A stretch of 64,000 nucleotides of DNA, from contig OX597821.1 in assembly GCA_951406725.2 (NCBI GenBank), positions 17,980,001-18,044,000 on the forward strand. Direction: 5' to 3'. Below are positions 1 to 13,854 of the stretch, in pieces. Both the position numbers and the translations under genes were made by a program. Below the pieces are notes generated by a model. The model was not told the DNA's origin, did not search any database, and was given only the letters and a program-made list of their open reading frames with translations. The first letter of the stretch is position 1; the number at the start of each line of letters is the position of its first letter. This DNA comes from Octopus vulgaris (taxonomy: Eukaryota).

Positions 1-52
1 ACGCACACACACGTGCTAACAATCGCTGTAAATATGAAAAAAAATGACTCAC

Positions 53-524
53 CGTTGTATTGTTTTGTGCTGTTCGATGTAGGCGTAAAATTGTCGGGGC
101 ATTCGCAATATTCTTTGTCTCCTGTGCAATTCCTCAAGCATGGCTTAGTGCAGTGTTCTCCTGTCCATTGTGGTTTGCAGTGACATGTCATATATCCGTC
201 CCCGTCAAAGTCACATAAGCTGTTCTTACATCGGTAACAAAAGTACTCTTCTTTGGTAGTTAACTTACGGCACTGTAAACTGCGGTTATATATTACACAC
301 GTTTCACCGCTTCTACAATGCGACGAATTCAGGGTACAGGGCTTGGATGAAACAACTGAAGATTCTGACGTCCCTATTTTGGTGTCGTTGTTGACATCGT
401 AATTAATGTTGTTATCGTTGCTGCTTTTGCTGTTGTTGTCGTTGTTGACGACGAAAGTGCTAGCGTTGATATACAGACATGCCATCAATGTGACAATATG
501 TAACAGAACAGTTGCTTCCTTCAT
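53..524 (-). CDS. First coding exon of a secreted or membrane EGF-like protein, probable paralog of the EGF-TM-TIR gene at 55742; the gene continues beyond the left edge
   Basis: Manual translation from ATG 524: MKEATVLLHIVTLMACLYINAS (signal-like), an Asn-rich linker, then CTLNSSHCRSGETCVIYNRSLQC, CYRCKNSLCDFDGDGYMTCHCKPQWTGEHC, CLRNCTGDKEYCECPDNFTPTSNS. Ends at G|GTGAGT donor (52-47), 472 nt, phase 1. No stop before the window edge, which is probably why it is absent from the ORF track. Confidence 0.85.
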
Positions 525-910
525 AGTTTCTTTTACAGATATGATGCTACGTTGCTGCGATGTTGCTGGGTCAAGTGTACAACAGAGAATGAAGTGAGAT
601 TAACATCAGATCCCGGTGCCAACTTATTAATGGAGCACTTATCAATACAAGTGACATCTATTACTCGGAAACACAAAAGATACACAATTCATATTGATGG
701 TGGAAAGGGGCAGTAGAGGGCCGGCGGTGGTGGTAGCGTGTGTGGTAGTGACGTGGTGTTGTTTATAGTGGTGGTGATTATGGTGTTGGTGGTAGTGGAG
801 ATTCATGTGATGTAGTGGAGAGAGATTCTGAAAACGATAAAAACGACACAGCAAAGAAGAAAAATATTAGATTTAACTTTAACACTCGGGAACAGTTTTC
901 TATCTGTCTT

Positions 911-960
<50 letters not shown>

Positions 961-1539
961 CTCACACGTGACCATTGTCCATCTTTCTTTTCCTCACGTG
1001 ACCATTTTTCTTTTCCTGCACGGACGTTCAAAAGAACGGACGTGTTTCTCTCTCTCTCTCTCTCTCTCTTCTATCTTTTCCCTTTTCAAAAAAATGTTTC
1101 GCCCAGCTTTCATTATTTTCCTCTCGTTCTGGTCTAACGACCGTCCCCCTACGTTTGTTTTCTTTCGGTTTCCTTGTATGTCTCCATATCATGTTGACTT
1201 CCTGTTTACGTCATTTGTTAATCTACTTTTTTATCACATTTTTTGACCAGATTGACTGATTTTCTGCATACGTTATTTGTTTTGACTAAGGCCTTGGTAA
1301 CCCATTTTTGTTTGACAGTCGCCCAGCGTTCCGGTTGATCGACTCCTTAAGAAGACACTGGTTTTGGTCAGCTCAATGCTTTTTTTCCTGAGAATCCAGT
1401 TTTGATCAGAAAACATCTAACTGGTTAAGTCTAGGTTGACGTCAGATACTGGTGTTTGAGAAGGTGCAAGTTGTTAATTTACTGCAGTCTGAAGTTAGGG
1501 TTTCAAGTCCAGGAAGCAGCCAGTTACTTCAACTTGTGA

Positions 1540-3240
1540 TTTAAATACGTTTTCGGTCGTTTTTTGTGAATAAATTGAGTTTTCTCATTCTGGTGTGTTG
1601 TTATAGGGTATTAAGTTGTAGTTTATATTTCTTAATGAAAATATTTTCTTTATTTAATTAGAATTGGGCTGAAGTATTTCCGGAGCATTGATATAGAGGG
1701 AAAATTTGGCATTTCGGATGTTTGTCCGTTGAGCTCAGATCTAGATGTTTACTTACGGAATTTTCCTAGTTGTAGGTTCACGAATCTTTTGTTTGTCTAC
1801 TGTTATTCCGACCTTCAAATTCAATCTCGTTTGACCAATGTAATCCCCGCCACACACACAGCTACGCAATCCCATCACACTCACCAGTTGGTGAGTACGT
1901 AGTTATGGAAGTCATCGCCGAATTTCATTCTGATGTGTTCGTATATTTGAACTTCTAAGTATGCCATGACAAAGTTAGTAAAAATGGGGGCTACCTCCGT
2001 CAACCTTAGTAGTCACAGATATTTGTCTGTAGGTGCTGTCGTTGATGTGAAATAAATTATTTTGTAGGATGAACTTTAATCCTTCAATGATAAATCCTTT
2101 CCTACTTCGATGTCATTTGGAAATATTTACAACCAGAATTGTATAGCTTCTCTTCCGTTTCTGTGCCGAATCGAGGTGTAGAGATTTACTATATAGAATG
2201 AGACATAAAGAGAATCCATGCCGTTTTGCTCGGTAGATGGTATTAAAAGTCTAAGCCATCTGTTATGAAGCTCGGGATATGCTTTAGGCTGGGTTCTATA
2301 AATACGTCGAAGACGTTACTTAGTCTATGTATTACAGGACAGACCTTTCACAATTGGTCTTAACTGGACATCGTTGGGGTATTTATGTTAATAACCAATG
2401 AATTTGATTTTCTACACGCTTCATTTATTGCTTCGATCTACTGGATTTTTACGAGTCCGTAAAAATTACTGGCTTAGCGGACGAATCTTGATAAGGGGGC
2501 CTTTTCCTTTTCTTTTAAGCCATTTTTGAAGCTGTTGGATGAGGATAGTATACATTTTCATTATTTGGGATTTTTGGTAATTGCCAACTTTTTCATAATA
2601 AGAAGAACTGGTGTTTATATATACTGATCCAAGTCCATAATGAGTACAGCACAAATTTTATCTGCATTTTTAATAACTTTATTGTTATCATTGAAGATTT
2701 CTTAATCTTCTCGGCTGGTATTTGGTTTAGATTTCGGACGTGGTAGTAAATTATAGGAGAGATTGGTTACAAAATCACAAAATGTGTTCACAGTTTGGTT
2801 CTTACCTTTTGTCGGACTGTAATTAATTATACTATGAAGCATTGATCGATCATTGTCAAATAATTCTTCTGCGCTTAGTTACCTACAAAATTCCTGGACA
2901 TCGTCCTGTATTACAGTTATGCTGGAATTTTGTTGTTTTGGGTGACATTTAGTCCATTCGAGAAAATTTTTATTGTTGCGTTGACAGGGTTTTATGTGAA
3001 ATATTTATAAGCTTCGGAATCTTACATTCGGTCTGTGCCATCGAGTGTCTTGGTCTCTATGTACTATGTCTAAAAAGTGACTCCTCGGTTTTTGGTTCGA
3101 CGCATTAGTATTCCTGTTGACTGCTCTTCTGACAATCTTGGTCTATTGTGGTTTCTTGGTTGTGGTCGAACCTTTTTAAAGTTGACATAGTAGTTATAAA
3201 TTTTGGTATAATATCAATTGTGGTCGGTCCTGCGTAAAAT
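1540..3240 (-). mobile_element. Degenerate, internally deleted Neptune-like Penelope-like element (RT and GIY-YIG remnants)
   Basis: Minus-strand remnants QLRPIVKGLSCNT (cf. KLRPIVAGPSCET in ORF 29320-31284), MAQTECKIPKLINIS (cf. MVDTNPEKPKIVNLS) and CVCGGDYIGQTRL (GIY-YIG); many stops. Confidence 0.75.
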
Positions 3241-3255
3241 TTCTCGTGTGTAGCG

Positions 3256-3295
3256 TCAACTGATGACCCCGATTTGGGGAGATGTTGCGTCTTGA
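3256..3295 (+). ncRNA. Degenerate minimal type-I hammerhead ribozyme motif
   Basis: tcaa-CTGATGA-ccc(cgattt)ggg..GAGA-tgttgc-GTC-ttga. Stem I tcaa/ttga; GAAA box reads GAGA. Confidence 0.45.
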
Positions 3296-4063
3296 ATGAG
3301 AGAGATTCCTATTTGTTTTTTTTTCTTCTTTTTTCAGGTGAATACAGTTTCTATATATATTTAAAGAGGAATATCTTGCTTTAGGGGAATGAATTTTTGT
3401 GGGTCATGAAAGAGTTATTTCTTTGTTTAGGTGCTCAGGAATTGGTATCATGCACTCTGTAGATAATATATACTCCTACACCTCCCTCATCCAACATTTC
3501 AAAGATAATGCATATTTAAATAAAATAACAATTGCCAATGTTCTTAATTGCTTGGATTATAGATTTCACTTCCTTGTCCCTTCTCTCTAATTTATTTCAT
3601 GATAAAATGATATCGCTTTTATTTTTTTATTTTTCATTTTCCTCTATCCATTTCTTAATTTTTCATTTTTTACTTTCATTTTTATTTTTAGTTTGTCTCT
3701 GTTGCTTTTCTTTTGCTTTGGTTTTCTTTGAGTTTGTTTTGGGGTTTAATTTCATCACTTAACACGAGTGTAATTTACACTATGATCTTAATTAAGAAAC
3801 GTATCTTAGCCTTCTTATTACAGCTGTACCAATGGTATCCAGTAATATAATTTAGAATTAGATGTAGTAATAGCCTTACTGTTGTGTTGGCTGAAATCTG
3901 AAGAAAATTCCATAATATTTAGTTTTGCGACCAATTGATTAAATATTTTATTTTCAGCATGAAATAAAACTTAACGGAATAAATAGCTTCTGATCGAAAG
4001 TATTCGATTTATCAATATATGAAATAGTTAGCGCAGTGACCAAATCATCTGAACAATGAGGCT

Positions 4064-4100
<37 letters not shown>

Positions 4101-4381
4101 TCCATATATCGGGCAAATGAACTCCTCCTCTCCCTGCTTGTATGAGCCTGCGCTTCACTCCACGCCTTTGACTGTATTCCCTTATCAGTATTGTTATAGC
4201 TTTTGTCGCGTGTAGATGAGTCACCACTCCACTGCCGTAGGGTTTTAATTTAACACCTCTATTTCAATAAGAAGTGAAAAACAGATGTGACTAATTGGAA
4301 ATATGATTGAAAATATTAGTAGTACAAAAAACTCTTATAAATTAGATATGCATTATGTCACCTTTTCTATCTTACACATTA

Positions 4382-4531
4382 TGTCACGCTGAATATCCCC
4401 GAGAACTACGTTAAGGGTGCACGTGTCTGTGGAGTGCACAGCCACTTACACGTTAATTTCACAAGCAGGCTGTTCCGTTGATTCGGATCAACCGGAACCC
4501 TCGTCGTCGTAACCGACGGAGTGCTTCCACA
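4382..4531 (+). mobile_element. 3' fragment of a tRNA-derived SINE (same family as 51085-51472)
   Basis: Near-identical to the reverse complement of ~51093-51238 (gctgaatatccccgagaactacg...gacggagtgcttcca). Confidence 0.85.
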
Positions 4532-4958
4532 ATTATGGACAAAAATGTAATCAGACACCGAAACATACGACAATGCATATATGCACCCTATAAACGTACA
4601 GCAACACAGAGACACCATTTTACACTGAACACCTGTACCCATGTACACATGTGTACGAGAATTATGCTGATACATAATCCTGAATTCATAATGGCGATAT
4701 AGATATAAACATATATTATTATATTATGAGAAAGAAATATACATTATAGAAAAAAATATACATAAGAATTATAATATTTAAAAATTATTTAAATATATCA
4801 TAAACATTTGAATAAAAAAAAAAATTTTTAATAGTTATAAAAATAGTTATAAATCATGGTTGCTAAACAAATTATATTAAAAATTAAAGAGAGGAAATCA
4901 TAATCAAATACTTATGTATGATTTTTATGTATAATTATTATATACTTGAATACTAAGA

Positions 4959-5535
4959 CGGCGAGCTGGCAGAAACGTTAGCACGCCGGGCGAAACGCGT
5001 GGCCGTATTTCGTCTGCTGATACGTTCTGAGTTCAAATTTCGCTGAGGTCGACTTTGCCTTTCATCCTTTCGGGGTTGGTAAATTAAGTACCAGTTACGC
5101 ACTGGGGTCGATGTAATCAACTTAATCCGTTTGTCTGTCCTTGTTTGTCCTCCCTATGTTTAGCCCATTGTGGGTAATAAAGAAGCAGGTATTTCGTCTG
5201 TCGCTACGTTCTGAATTCAAGTTCTGCCGAGGTCGACTTTGCCTTTTATCCTTTCGGGGTCGATTAAATAAGTACCAGTTACGCACTGGGGTCGATATAA
5301 TCGACTTAATCCGTTTGTCTGTCCTTGTTTGTCCTCTCAGTGTTTAGCCCCTTGTGGGTAGTAAAGAAATAGGTATTTCGACTGTATTTACGTACTGAGT
5401 TCAAATTCCGCCGAGGTCGACTTTTCCTTTCGGAGTCAATAAATTAAGTACCAGTTACATACTGAGGTCGGCCTAATCGATTGCCCCCCACACACACCAA
5501 AAATTTCGGGACTTGTGCCTAGATTAGAAAAGATT
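4959..5535 (+). mobile_element. SINE with a Meta-domain-like core, internally triplicated
   Basis: Head ggcgagctggcagaaacgttagcacgccgggcg; three tandem units of gtatttcg...gagttcaaattc...gaggtcgactttgcctttcatcctttcggggtcg..aaattaagtaccag. Related copies at 53712, 54420 and 56552. Confidence 0.8.
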
Positions 5536-6168
5536 ATATACTGGAATACATATGTGAAATTATAATACAATTTTTATATACTGGAATATATGTATGGGAA
5601 TATATATACTGGAATATATATGTACTCATGTAAAAAGTATCTGGCAACACAACAGGTAATTTTTTTTATATATGAGCATATATATAAATAAATATGTACA
5701 TTTAATGATAGGAATTACAATACATTACATTACGGTTAATGCATGTATGTATTATTTTAGGGCAAAAGAATGCATGGATAGGTACATTTACAAGCTTTTA
5801 TTACAAAATATATTTAGTATCATATACACACATATATACACATGCACACACACGCATCAATGTAGAAAATTATATAGAAATGCATATGGACGCATGGAGA
5901 CATATACATAGATATACATACACTGGCATATATTAGAAAAAAGAAAAAATGGAAATTAGGTTTACGACCCCTCTTACTGTACAGTCATAATAAAACTAGT
6001 TGTCGTAGAATTAATCGACGGAGAGGGTTTCCAAAGTCTACGACATAGCAACTCAATCCGAATAGCGTGGTTTTTTTCCAATTCGATGAAAGTGATTTGT
6101 CCATATTTGTTTGCATTTTTTACATAATTTACATTTGACGGATATTTGTCCTCATCTTGTTTGTTGTT

Positions 6169-6215
6169 AACACAACGTTTCGGCTGATATACCCTCCAGC
6201 CTTCATCAGGTGTCT
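6169..6215 (-). ncRNA. Minimal type-I hammerhead ribozyme in a PLE pseudo-LTR fragment (~6105-6265)
   Basis: Minus strand: gacac-CTGATGA-a-ggctg(gagggtatat)cagcc-GAAA-cg-TT-gtgtt. Palindromic stem III AACGTT; abuts (TAT)n. Confidence 0.75.
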
Positions 6216-6265
6216 TGGGGAAATTTCGAACCTGGTTTCTCATTCCTAAGGTATTTTTTCGATGC

Positions 6266-6279
6266 TATTACTATTATTA

Positions 6280-6365
<86 letters not shown>

Positions 6366-6387
6366 TATTATTATTATTATTATTATT

Positions 6388-6427
<40 letters not shown>

Positions 6428-6439
6428 CCATCATCATCA

Positions 6440-6492
<53 letters not shown>
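6266..6492. repeat. Compound (TAT)n/(CAT)n microsatellite
   Basis: Directly visible; source of the poly-I/Y/H/N ORFs. Confidence 0.95.
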
Positions 6493-6496
<4 letters not shown>

Positions 6497-6896
6497 TCAC
6501 TGCCTGGAATCGAACTCGGAATCTTGAGGTGAGCAGGAATTAATCTTCTTTCATCGCTCCTTTGCGCCACATGGGCTCAACTCCCCTCCTCTCTTCATCT
6601 GACACCTACTTCCTCTCTTCACTCGACCCACTTCTCTCCTCTCTTGCTTTGACACCTACTTCTCTTCACTTCTACCCACCTTCTCTCTTCATATCTTGGT
6701 ACTTATCAGAGCAACTGTCTTGGAAGACTCATATTGTCGTTCAATGCTCGAAATGAGAAGTAGATAAACAGCCGACAACCGAGGAAGGGTCGTTATTTAT
6801 GTTACTTCTACTGTTTCCCATTTGTTTCTCTCGTTGCTTACGTATTGAACTCATTTATTTTCCTCGTTGTTTACTGTTGGTGACGTCCTGTACCCA

Positions 6897-6964
<68 letters not shown>

Positions 6965-7175
6965 GGGTGGCTAATTCGCAATTTTATAGCTTAAAAGCAG
7001 ATATATATATACATATATCACTATAAAAGTGTATAAAATATGTTACACACAAAGAGGAATCCATTGATGGGACTCCTTACATGATAAAAAGCCCAGTTAA
7101 AATCTAAACAACAAAAATGAAAATTCATGAGGTACGACGATATAACACTAGAACGAACAAAAATTGAATTAGTCA

Positions 7176-7246
7176 ATCCCGGACTCGAGTTTTGCCATCA
7201 ATTGTCCAAATAAACTAATTTAGGGTCTGTGGATCATCAGTGAGAT
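7176..7246 (-). ncRNA. Degenerate hammerhead motif in a (TA)n-flanked PLE pseudo-LTR fragment
   Basis: Minus strand: atctca-CTGATGA-tcca...tggc-AAAA-ctcgag-TC-cgggat. GAAA reads AAAA; palindromic stem III CTCGAG. Confidence 0.5.
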
Positions 7247-7433
7247 CGCTAATTAATGAATAATTATGTAGTTGCAAATACATACCGAAAACCCGTGCGC
7301 AAGACAGCTACATCTTTATCCATTCTGGATTCGTACTTAGTGTGCGAGTGTAAATATGTAGTCCAGCAGCAAATAAATAAATATAATTGAAACTGTATCC
7401 TACACAGCCTCTGAATTATGAATATTACGATAG

Positions 7434-7483
<50 letters not shown>

Positions 7484-7494
7484 TATATAGAAGG

Positions 7495-7545
7495 AGCTTC
7501 TACAGGACTAGTACTGTTTCATTCAAGAGAAATCTTCAGGAAGCT
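7495..7545 (-). ncRNA. Type-I hammerhead ribozyme (left-arm copy)
   Basis: Reverse complement of 16783-16833. Confidence 0.85.
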
Positions 7546-7928
7546 ATTTAACAAGAATTGTATTAGCATTTATACATTTAGGCAGGTTTAAAGGAGTGGT
7601 GGTGGGGGACTTTTTGGGGGTAGGCATAGCGCAAAATATCATACTTGGGGGAGTGGTCAAGGAGTCAGTGGTAAGTTAGATGAAAGAATAGATAAATAAA
7701 AAATAAAAAAATAAAAAAATAAAAAAATAAAATAAAAAAATAAAAAATAAAAAATATAAAAAATATATATAAAAAAATATATATATAAAATATATATATA
7801 AAAAAATATATATATAAAAAAAGGGGGGATAGAGTTATAGGTAAATAAGGAGATTCTCACTTATACCTATACACACATGTATACGTATCTACACACACAT
7901 ACATACATACACATATATATACACACAC

Positions 7929-7975
<47 letters not shown>

Positions 7976-8849
7976 CATATGTACACACATACATACATAT
8001 CTACATACACACATACAAACACCCGCCCACATATACAAATTTATACACATGCACATGCCTATACCTGTCTACACATACACACACGTATATATGCATACAC
8101 TCACTCCCATGCATGCACACATACACACATGTATATATATATATATATACCCACGACCACACATACATATATACACATAAAAATATATATTCATACGCAC
8201 ATACACTCATGCACACACAACACACCTAGTTCCCTATATACACATATTTACACCTATATATACATACACCCACATACACCTATGTACACATATATATATA
8301 TAAACATATACACGCATACATATATATACATGTGTGCACATACATACATACACACATATATACATACACATACACATACACATGTGTACCTATACATACC
8401 TACACATACACACATACATACATACAAATATACATATACATATATATATATACAATCCAATACAGGCCCATTCCCTAATTTTAATTTTATTATCTTCATT
8501 TATTACTTTTGTTATCTTTGATCGCTAGGGCTAAGAATCCTGGCAATGGCTGCATGTCCATTTGTCTGTCTACTAGAGGGCAAGTCCTCATTCCCGCACG
8601 CACACTCATTAGCACGTACATTCACCCATTCGTACACTCATACACATACACGTACGCACGCGTTATATTCATACATACAAACATCTACATACGTTCACGT
8701 ATATACACATACGTACTCGTACCTACAGATTCGTGTCTACACTTTAGGAGGCTAGTCTATACATATACACCAATAAATATACATATATATATATATACCC
8801 GCATATACATACACACACACACATATATACTCCTACATACAGATACATA

Positions 8850-8911
<62 letters not shown>

Positions 8912-9406
8912 TACATACACATAACACATACATATACACACACATACATACATATATATATACATACACAAACATATATACACACATATATATATACATA
9001 CACACATACACACATACATACGTATACATACATACATACATCCATACATCCATACTTACATGCATTTATACGCATACACACACCCATCTATATATATGTA
9101 TATATATATATATATATATATACACACTCACACATACATATACAAATCTACGTACACACATACATACATACACGTATACGCATACACGCACATACACATA
9201 TACATGCGTACCCATACACGTGCACACACGCACGCGCATCCATATATATACACACACACACATATATATACACGTGTGCAAGCATACATACATACTCATA
9301 CGCGCACACATACTTACAAATACATATATGCACACACTTACACACATATATATACATACACATATACATGCATACATACATATATGCATACATACACACA
9401 CGCTCA

Positions 9407-9480
<74 letters not shown>

Positions 9481-9513
9481 CATACACATACACATACATA
9501 CACACATATACAC

Positions 9514-9546
<33 letters not shown>

Positions 9547-10047
9547 TACATATATACACACATACACACACACACACACACATACATATATACATATACA
9601 CTGATACACATACCCATACATACACATGCATATACTTATATCACTACATACTCACATATATAAACATATATACATATACACACATACATATATACATGTA
9701 CATACACATACGTATGCATATATATATATATACATATATATACATATATATATATATACATATACACACACACACACACATACATATACACATATACATG
9801 TATACATACGCAAAAATGATACACATATATACACATACACACACACAGACAGATGCATATACATACATATATATATATATAAGCTACATATCTATATAAA
9901 TACATACATAATACACATATACACACACATATATATACATTCATGCATATACATATACAAGTATACATACACATACATACACACACACGCGCACACATAC
10001 ATATACACACACACATATGCAAATACATACATACACACACACACACA

Positions 10048-10078
<31 letters not shown>

Positions 10079-10436
10079 CACATATACATATGTATATATA
10101 TATCAACAAGGGAGGGTAAAGTTAATTAGTTATTAATCAATTTCATCAAGTGTTCAGTATGTAAAGGGACCATTATTATTTTGAGTAAACAATGTTAGAG
10201 GGAAAAAAATTCTCTAAGTAGTGGAAGAGGCTAAAAAACTTTATTGGCTGCTATTTCTAGAAAGTTTAGTATGTGGCAAAGTAATTTATTTTATTTTCCT
10301 AAGCCCTAATTATATAATATTTTATACATACATACAATACATAAGCACATACATTTACACATACATATGCATATACATATATACACATATACATACAAAC
10401 ACATATACACATATACACACACACACACATACAAGC

Positions 10437-10479
<43 letters not shown>

Positions 10480-10738
10480 AATATATATACATATATATTT
10501 TTACATGCATACATACACACACACACACATAATACATGCGTATATTCCTACTGTACCCATGCATTTCTATACATATATACATACATACATACGATACACA
10601 TATACAAGCGTGCACATATAATATGTGAAAGGTCTTAGGAGAAAAGGTAATCGGGGGTGCTAGGGGAACAGTGGGGTTGGGGGTGGGGGGGGTTGTGGGG
10701 GGTTGTAGGGGGTTGTAGGGGGTTGTAGGGGGTTGTCA

Positions 10739-12133
10739 TCAATCAGGTTGCCGGGTAGGTCTATAGTTCTTGTAGTTCGCATACTTCTTATGCATGCAAT
10801 TTGGGGAGTGTTCTGAAAATTTGTTAAGGAGAGGGCCTTTGGCGAACAAGATCTCTAGGCTCTCTGATATGCATAGGTCACAGCAGGTATGTCCTCCTGT
10901 GTACGAGCGCGCCTTCTGTAGTAGTTTCCACTTGGTCTTGAAGGGGATTGAGTTCCTTTTAAGGTACCAGATGTGGGCGGCGAGGGTAGTTTGGTTGGAT
11001 TTATCCTGTCGCCGGAACGAGTGTGTATGTGCATACCAGCGGGTCTTAAAGCTGTTTGACGTCATTCCAATGTAGGATTTACTTTTATCGTCAAGGCCTG
11101 ATCTTACCTCGCATTTATATACTAGGTCCCTCTGTAGGCAGTTGTTGTTGAGGGGGCAGGTGGTTTTATCATGGCAGTTGCAATTGCTATCGGACGTTGG
11201 ATGGGCCCCGGAGAAAGTAGATATGTTAAGTTTTTCACATTGTTGTTGGCTAGGTTCCTGGCTAGGTTGGGCGTGGTAGAGTAGGAGAGTCTAATAGTGT
11301 TCTTATTTAGGATAGTGTAGTACTTATGTTGGGTGGGGAAGTGTTTCTGTAGGAGAGTGAAAAAGATCTTAGCTACAGGTGTAGCGACCTCACGGTTGAA
11401 GGGGGGGTTGTACCAGCTAATGTGTCTTCGTCTATTTTTCCTGGGTTGGCGTGGGGCTATACTAGTGTAGGTAATCTTATCTTTAAAACCACTGCGGGCC
11501 AGGGCCTCGTTGTAATAGGGGGCTGCGGCCTTAAAGATATCTTCCGTGGCGGACAGGCTAGAGATTCTCATTGAGACACTTTTACTAGGTTATCTAATAT
11601 ATTTCTGGGGTGGTTGGAATTGATATCTATATATCTAAGGGATTCATTTGGTTTGTGGTACGGGTAATAAAGTGAGGTTTTTAAGTCGAGGGTGACATCT
11701 AGGAAGTTAGCCTTGTTAAGTTGGATTCTAGGGTAATCCTAAGGCCTAAGTTTTTAAAGAAGGTGTGAAGATTTTTCCGGAACCCATCCGTGGTCCTGGG
11801 GTTTATATTGTGGAGGGCGAAAAGGCCGTCATCTCGGTAAAGACCACCGGAGAGGCCTGTGAATAGGGTTTTCAGCCTATGGAGGATGAAAAGGCCCACT
11901 AGGTCACTTATTTCAGCAGAGTCGTTAGCACCCATGCTGACGTCGAAGGGGTCACAGATTTTTTGTTGATCCAGTGGGATCCGTCATAGAAAAGAAAAGT
12001 CTTACGTGCGTGGAGGATCACATCTTGCTCGGCCTCGGTGATGGTGGAGGACCTCCTGGCGAAGTTAATCGCATCGATCAGCAAGCTCTCGATATAGAGG
12101 CGTAGTAATCCTCGATATCCAGTTGTAGGAATC
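10739..12133 (-). pseudogene. PLE RT plus GIY-YIG endonuclease ORF, left arm, several 1-nt frameshifts
   Basis: ORF pieces 11699-11935 (GLYRDDGL), 11122-11571 and 10739-11065 match the right-arm protein. Confidence 0.88.
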
Positions 12134-12166
12134 GGGTTCTTATCTGTTGCGTTATTTACCAGATGA

Positions 12167-13563
12167 TTCCTACAACTGGATATCGAGGATTACTACGCCT
12201 CTATATCGGAGAGCTTGCTGATCGATGCGATTAACTTCGCCAGGAGGTCCTCCACCATCACCGAGGCCGAGCAAGATGTGATCCTCCACGCACGTAAGAC
12301 TTTTCTTTTCTATGACGGATCCCACTGGATCAACAAAAAATCTGTGACCCCCTTCGACGTCAGCATGGGTGCTAACGACTCTGCTGAAATAAGTGACCTA
12401 GTGGGCCTTTTCATCCTCCATAGGCTGAAAACCCTATTCACAGGCCTCTCCGGTGGTCTTTACCGAGATGACGGCCTTTTCGCCCTCCACAATATAAACC
12501 CCAGGACCACGGATGGGTTCCGGAAAAATCTTCACACCTTCTTTAAAAACTTAGGCCTTAGGATTACCCTAGAATCCAACTTAACTAAGGCTAACTTCCT
12601 AGATGTCACCCTCGACTTAAAAACCTCACTTTATTACCCGTACCACAAACCAAATGAATCCCTTAGATATATAGATATCAATTCCAACCACCCCAGAAAT
12701 ATATTAGATAACCTAGTAAAAAGTGTCTCAATTAGAATCTCTAGCCTGTCCGCCACGGAAGATATCTTTAAGGCCGCAGCCCCCTATTACAACGAGGCCC
12801 TGGCCCGCAGTGGTTTTAAAGATAAGATTACCTACACTAGTATAGCCCCACGCCAACCCAGGAAAAATAGACGAAGACACATTAGCTGGTACAACCCCCC
12901 TTCAACCGTGAGGTCGCTACACCTGTAGCTAAGATCTTTTTCACTCTCCTACAGAAACACTTCCCCACCCAACATAAGTACTACACTATCCTAAATAAGA
13001 ACACTATTAGACTCTCCTACTCTACCACGCCCAACCTAGCCAGGAACCTAGCCAACAACAATGTGAAAAAACTTAACATATCTACTTTCTCCGGGGCCCA
13101 TCCAACGTCCGATAGCAATTGCAACTGCCATGATAAAACCACCTGCCCCCTCAACAACAACTGCCTACAGAGGGACCTAGTATATAAATGCGAGGTAAGA
13201 TCAGGCCTTGACGATAAAAGTAAATCCTACATTGGAATGACGTCAAACAGCTTTAAGACCCGCTGGTACGCACATACACACTCGTTCCGGCGACAGGATA
13301 AATCCAACCAAACTACCCTCGCCGCCCACATCTGGTACCTTAAAAGGAACTCAATCCCCTTCAAGACCAAGTGGAAACTACTACAGAAGGCGCGCTCGTA
13401 CACAGGAGGACATACCTGCTGTGACCTATGCATATCAGAGAGCCTAGAGATCTTGTTCGCCAAAGGCCCTCTCCTTAACAAATTTTCAGAACACTCCCCA
13501 AATTGCATGCATAAGAAGTATGCGAACTACAAGAACTATAGACCTACCCGGCAACCTGATTGA
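12167..13563 (+). pseudogene. PLE (Naiad-like) RT plus C-terminal GIY-YIG ORF, 5'-truncated, one frameshift at the C-run near 12900
   Basis: FLQLDIEDYYASI, FDVSMGANDSAE, LYRDDGL, NFLDVTLDL, SNHP, WYNPP; CNC..CPL..C linker, LVYKCEV...YIGMT..FKTRWYAH, CDLCISE, LLN. Clade assignment is from motif recall (YRDD), not phylogeny. Confidence 0.88.
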
Positions 13564-13811
13564 TGACAACCCCCCCTACAACCCCCCCCAACCCCCCCCT
13601 ACCCCCCCCCCCAACCCCACTGTTCCCCTAGCACCCCCGATTACCTTTTCTCCTAAGACCTTTCACATATTATATGTGCACGCTTGTATATGTGTATCGT
13701 ATGTATGTATGTATATATGTATAGAAATGCATGGGTACAGTAGGAATATACGCATGTATTATGTGTGTGTGTGTGTATGTATGCATGTAAAAATATATAT
13801 GTATATATATT

Positions 13812-13854
<43 letters not shown>

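Noticed and set aside
7877-10621. Many long ORFs rich in Y/I/H/T/C/V here, at 13670-16460, 24335-25083, 28120-28945 and elsewhere
   Set aside because: They are translations of (TA)/(CA)/(TG) microsatellites, which lack stop codons; no domain content.
13063-13620. Possible selenocysteine recoding, as reported for some Naiad PLEs
   Set aside because: No in-frame TGA at Cys positions in the visible ORF; TGATGA follows a complete C-terminus; no SECIS recognised.
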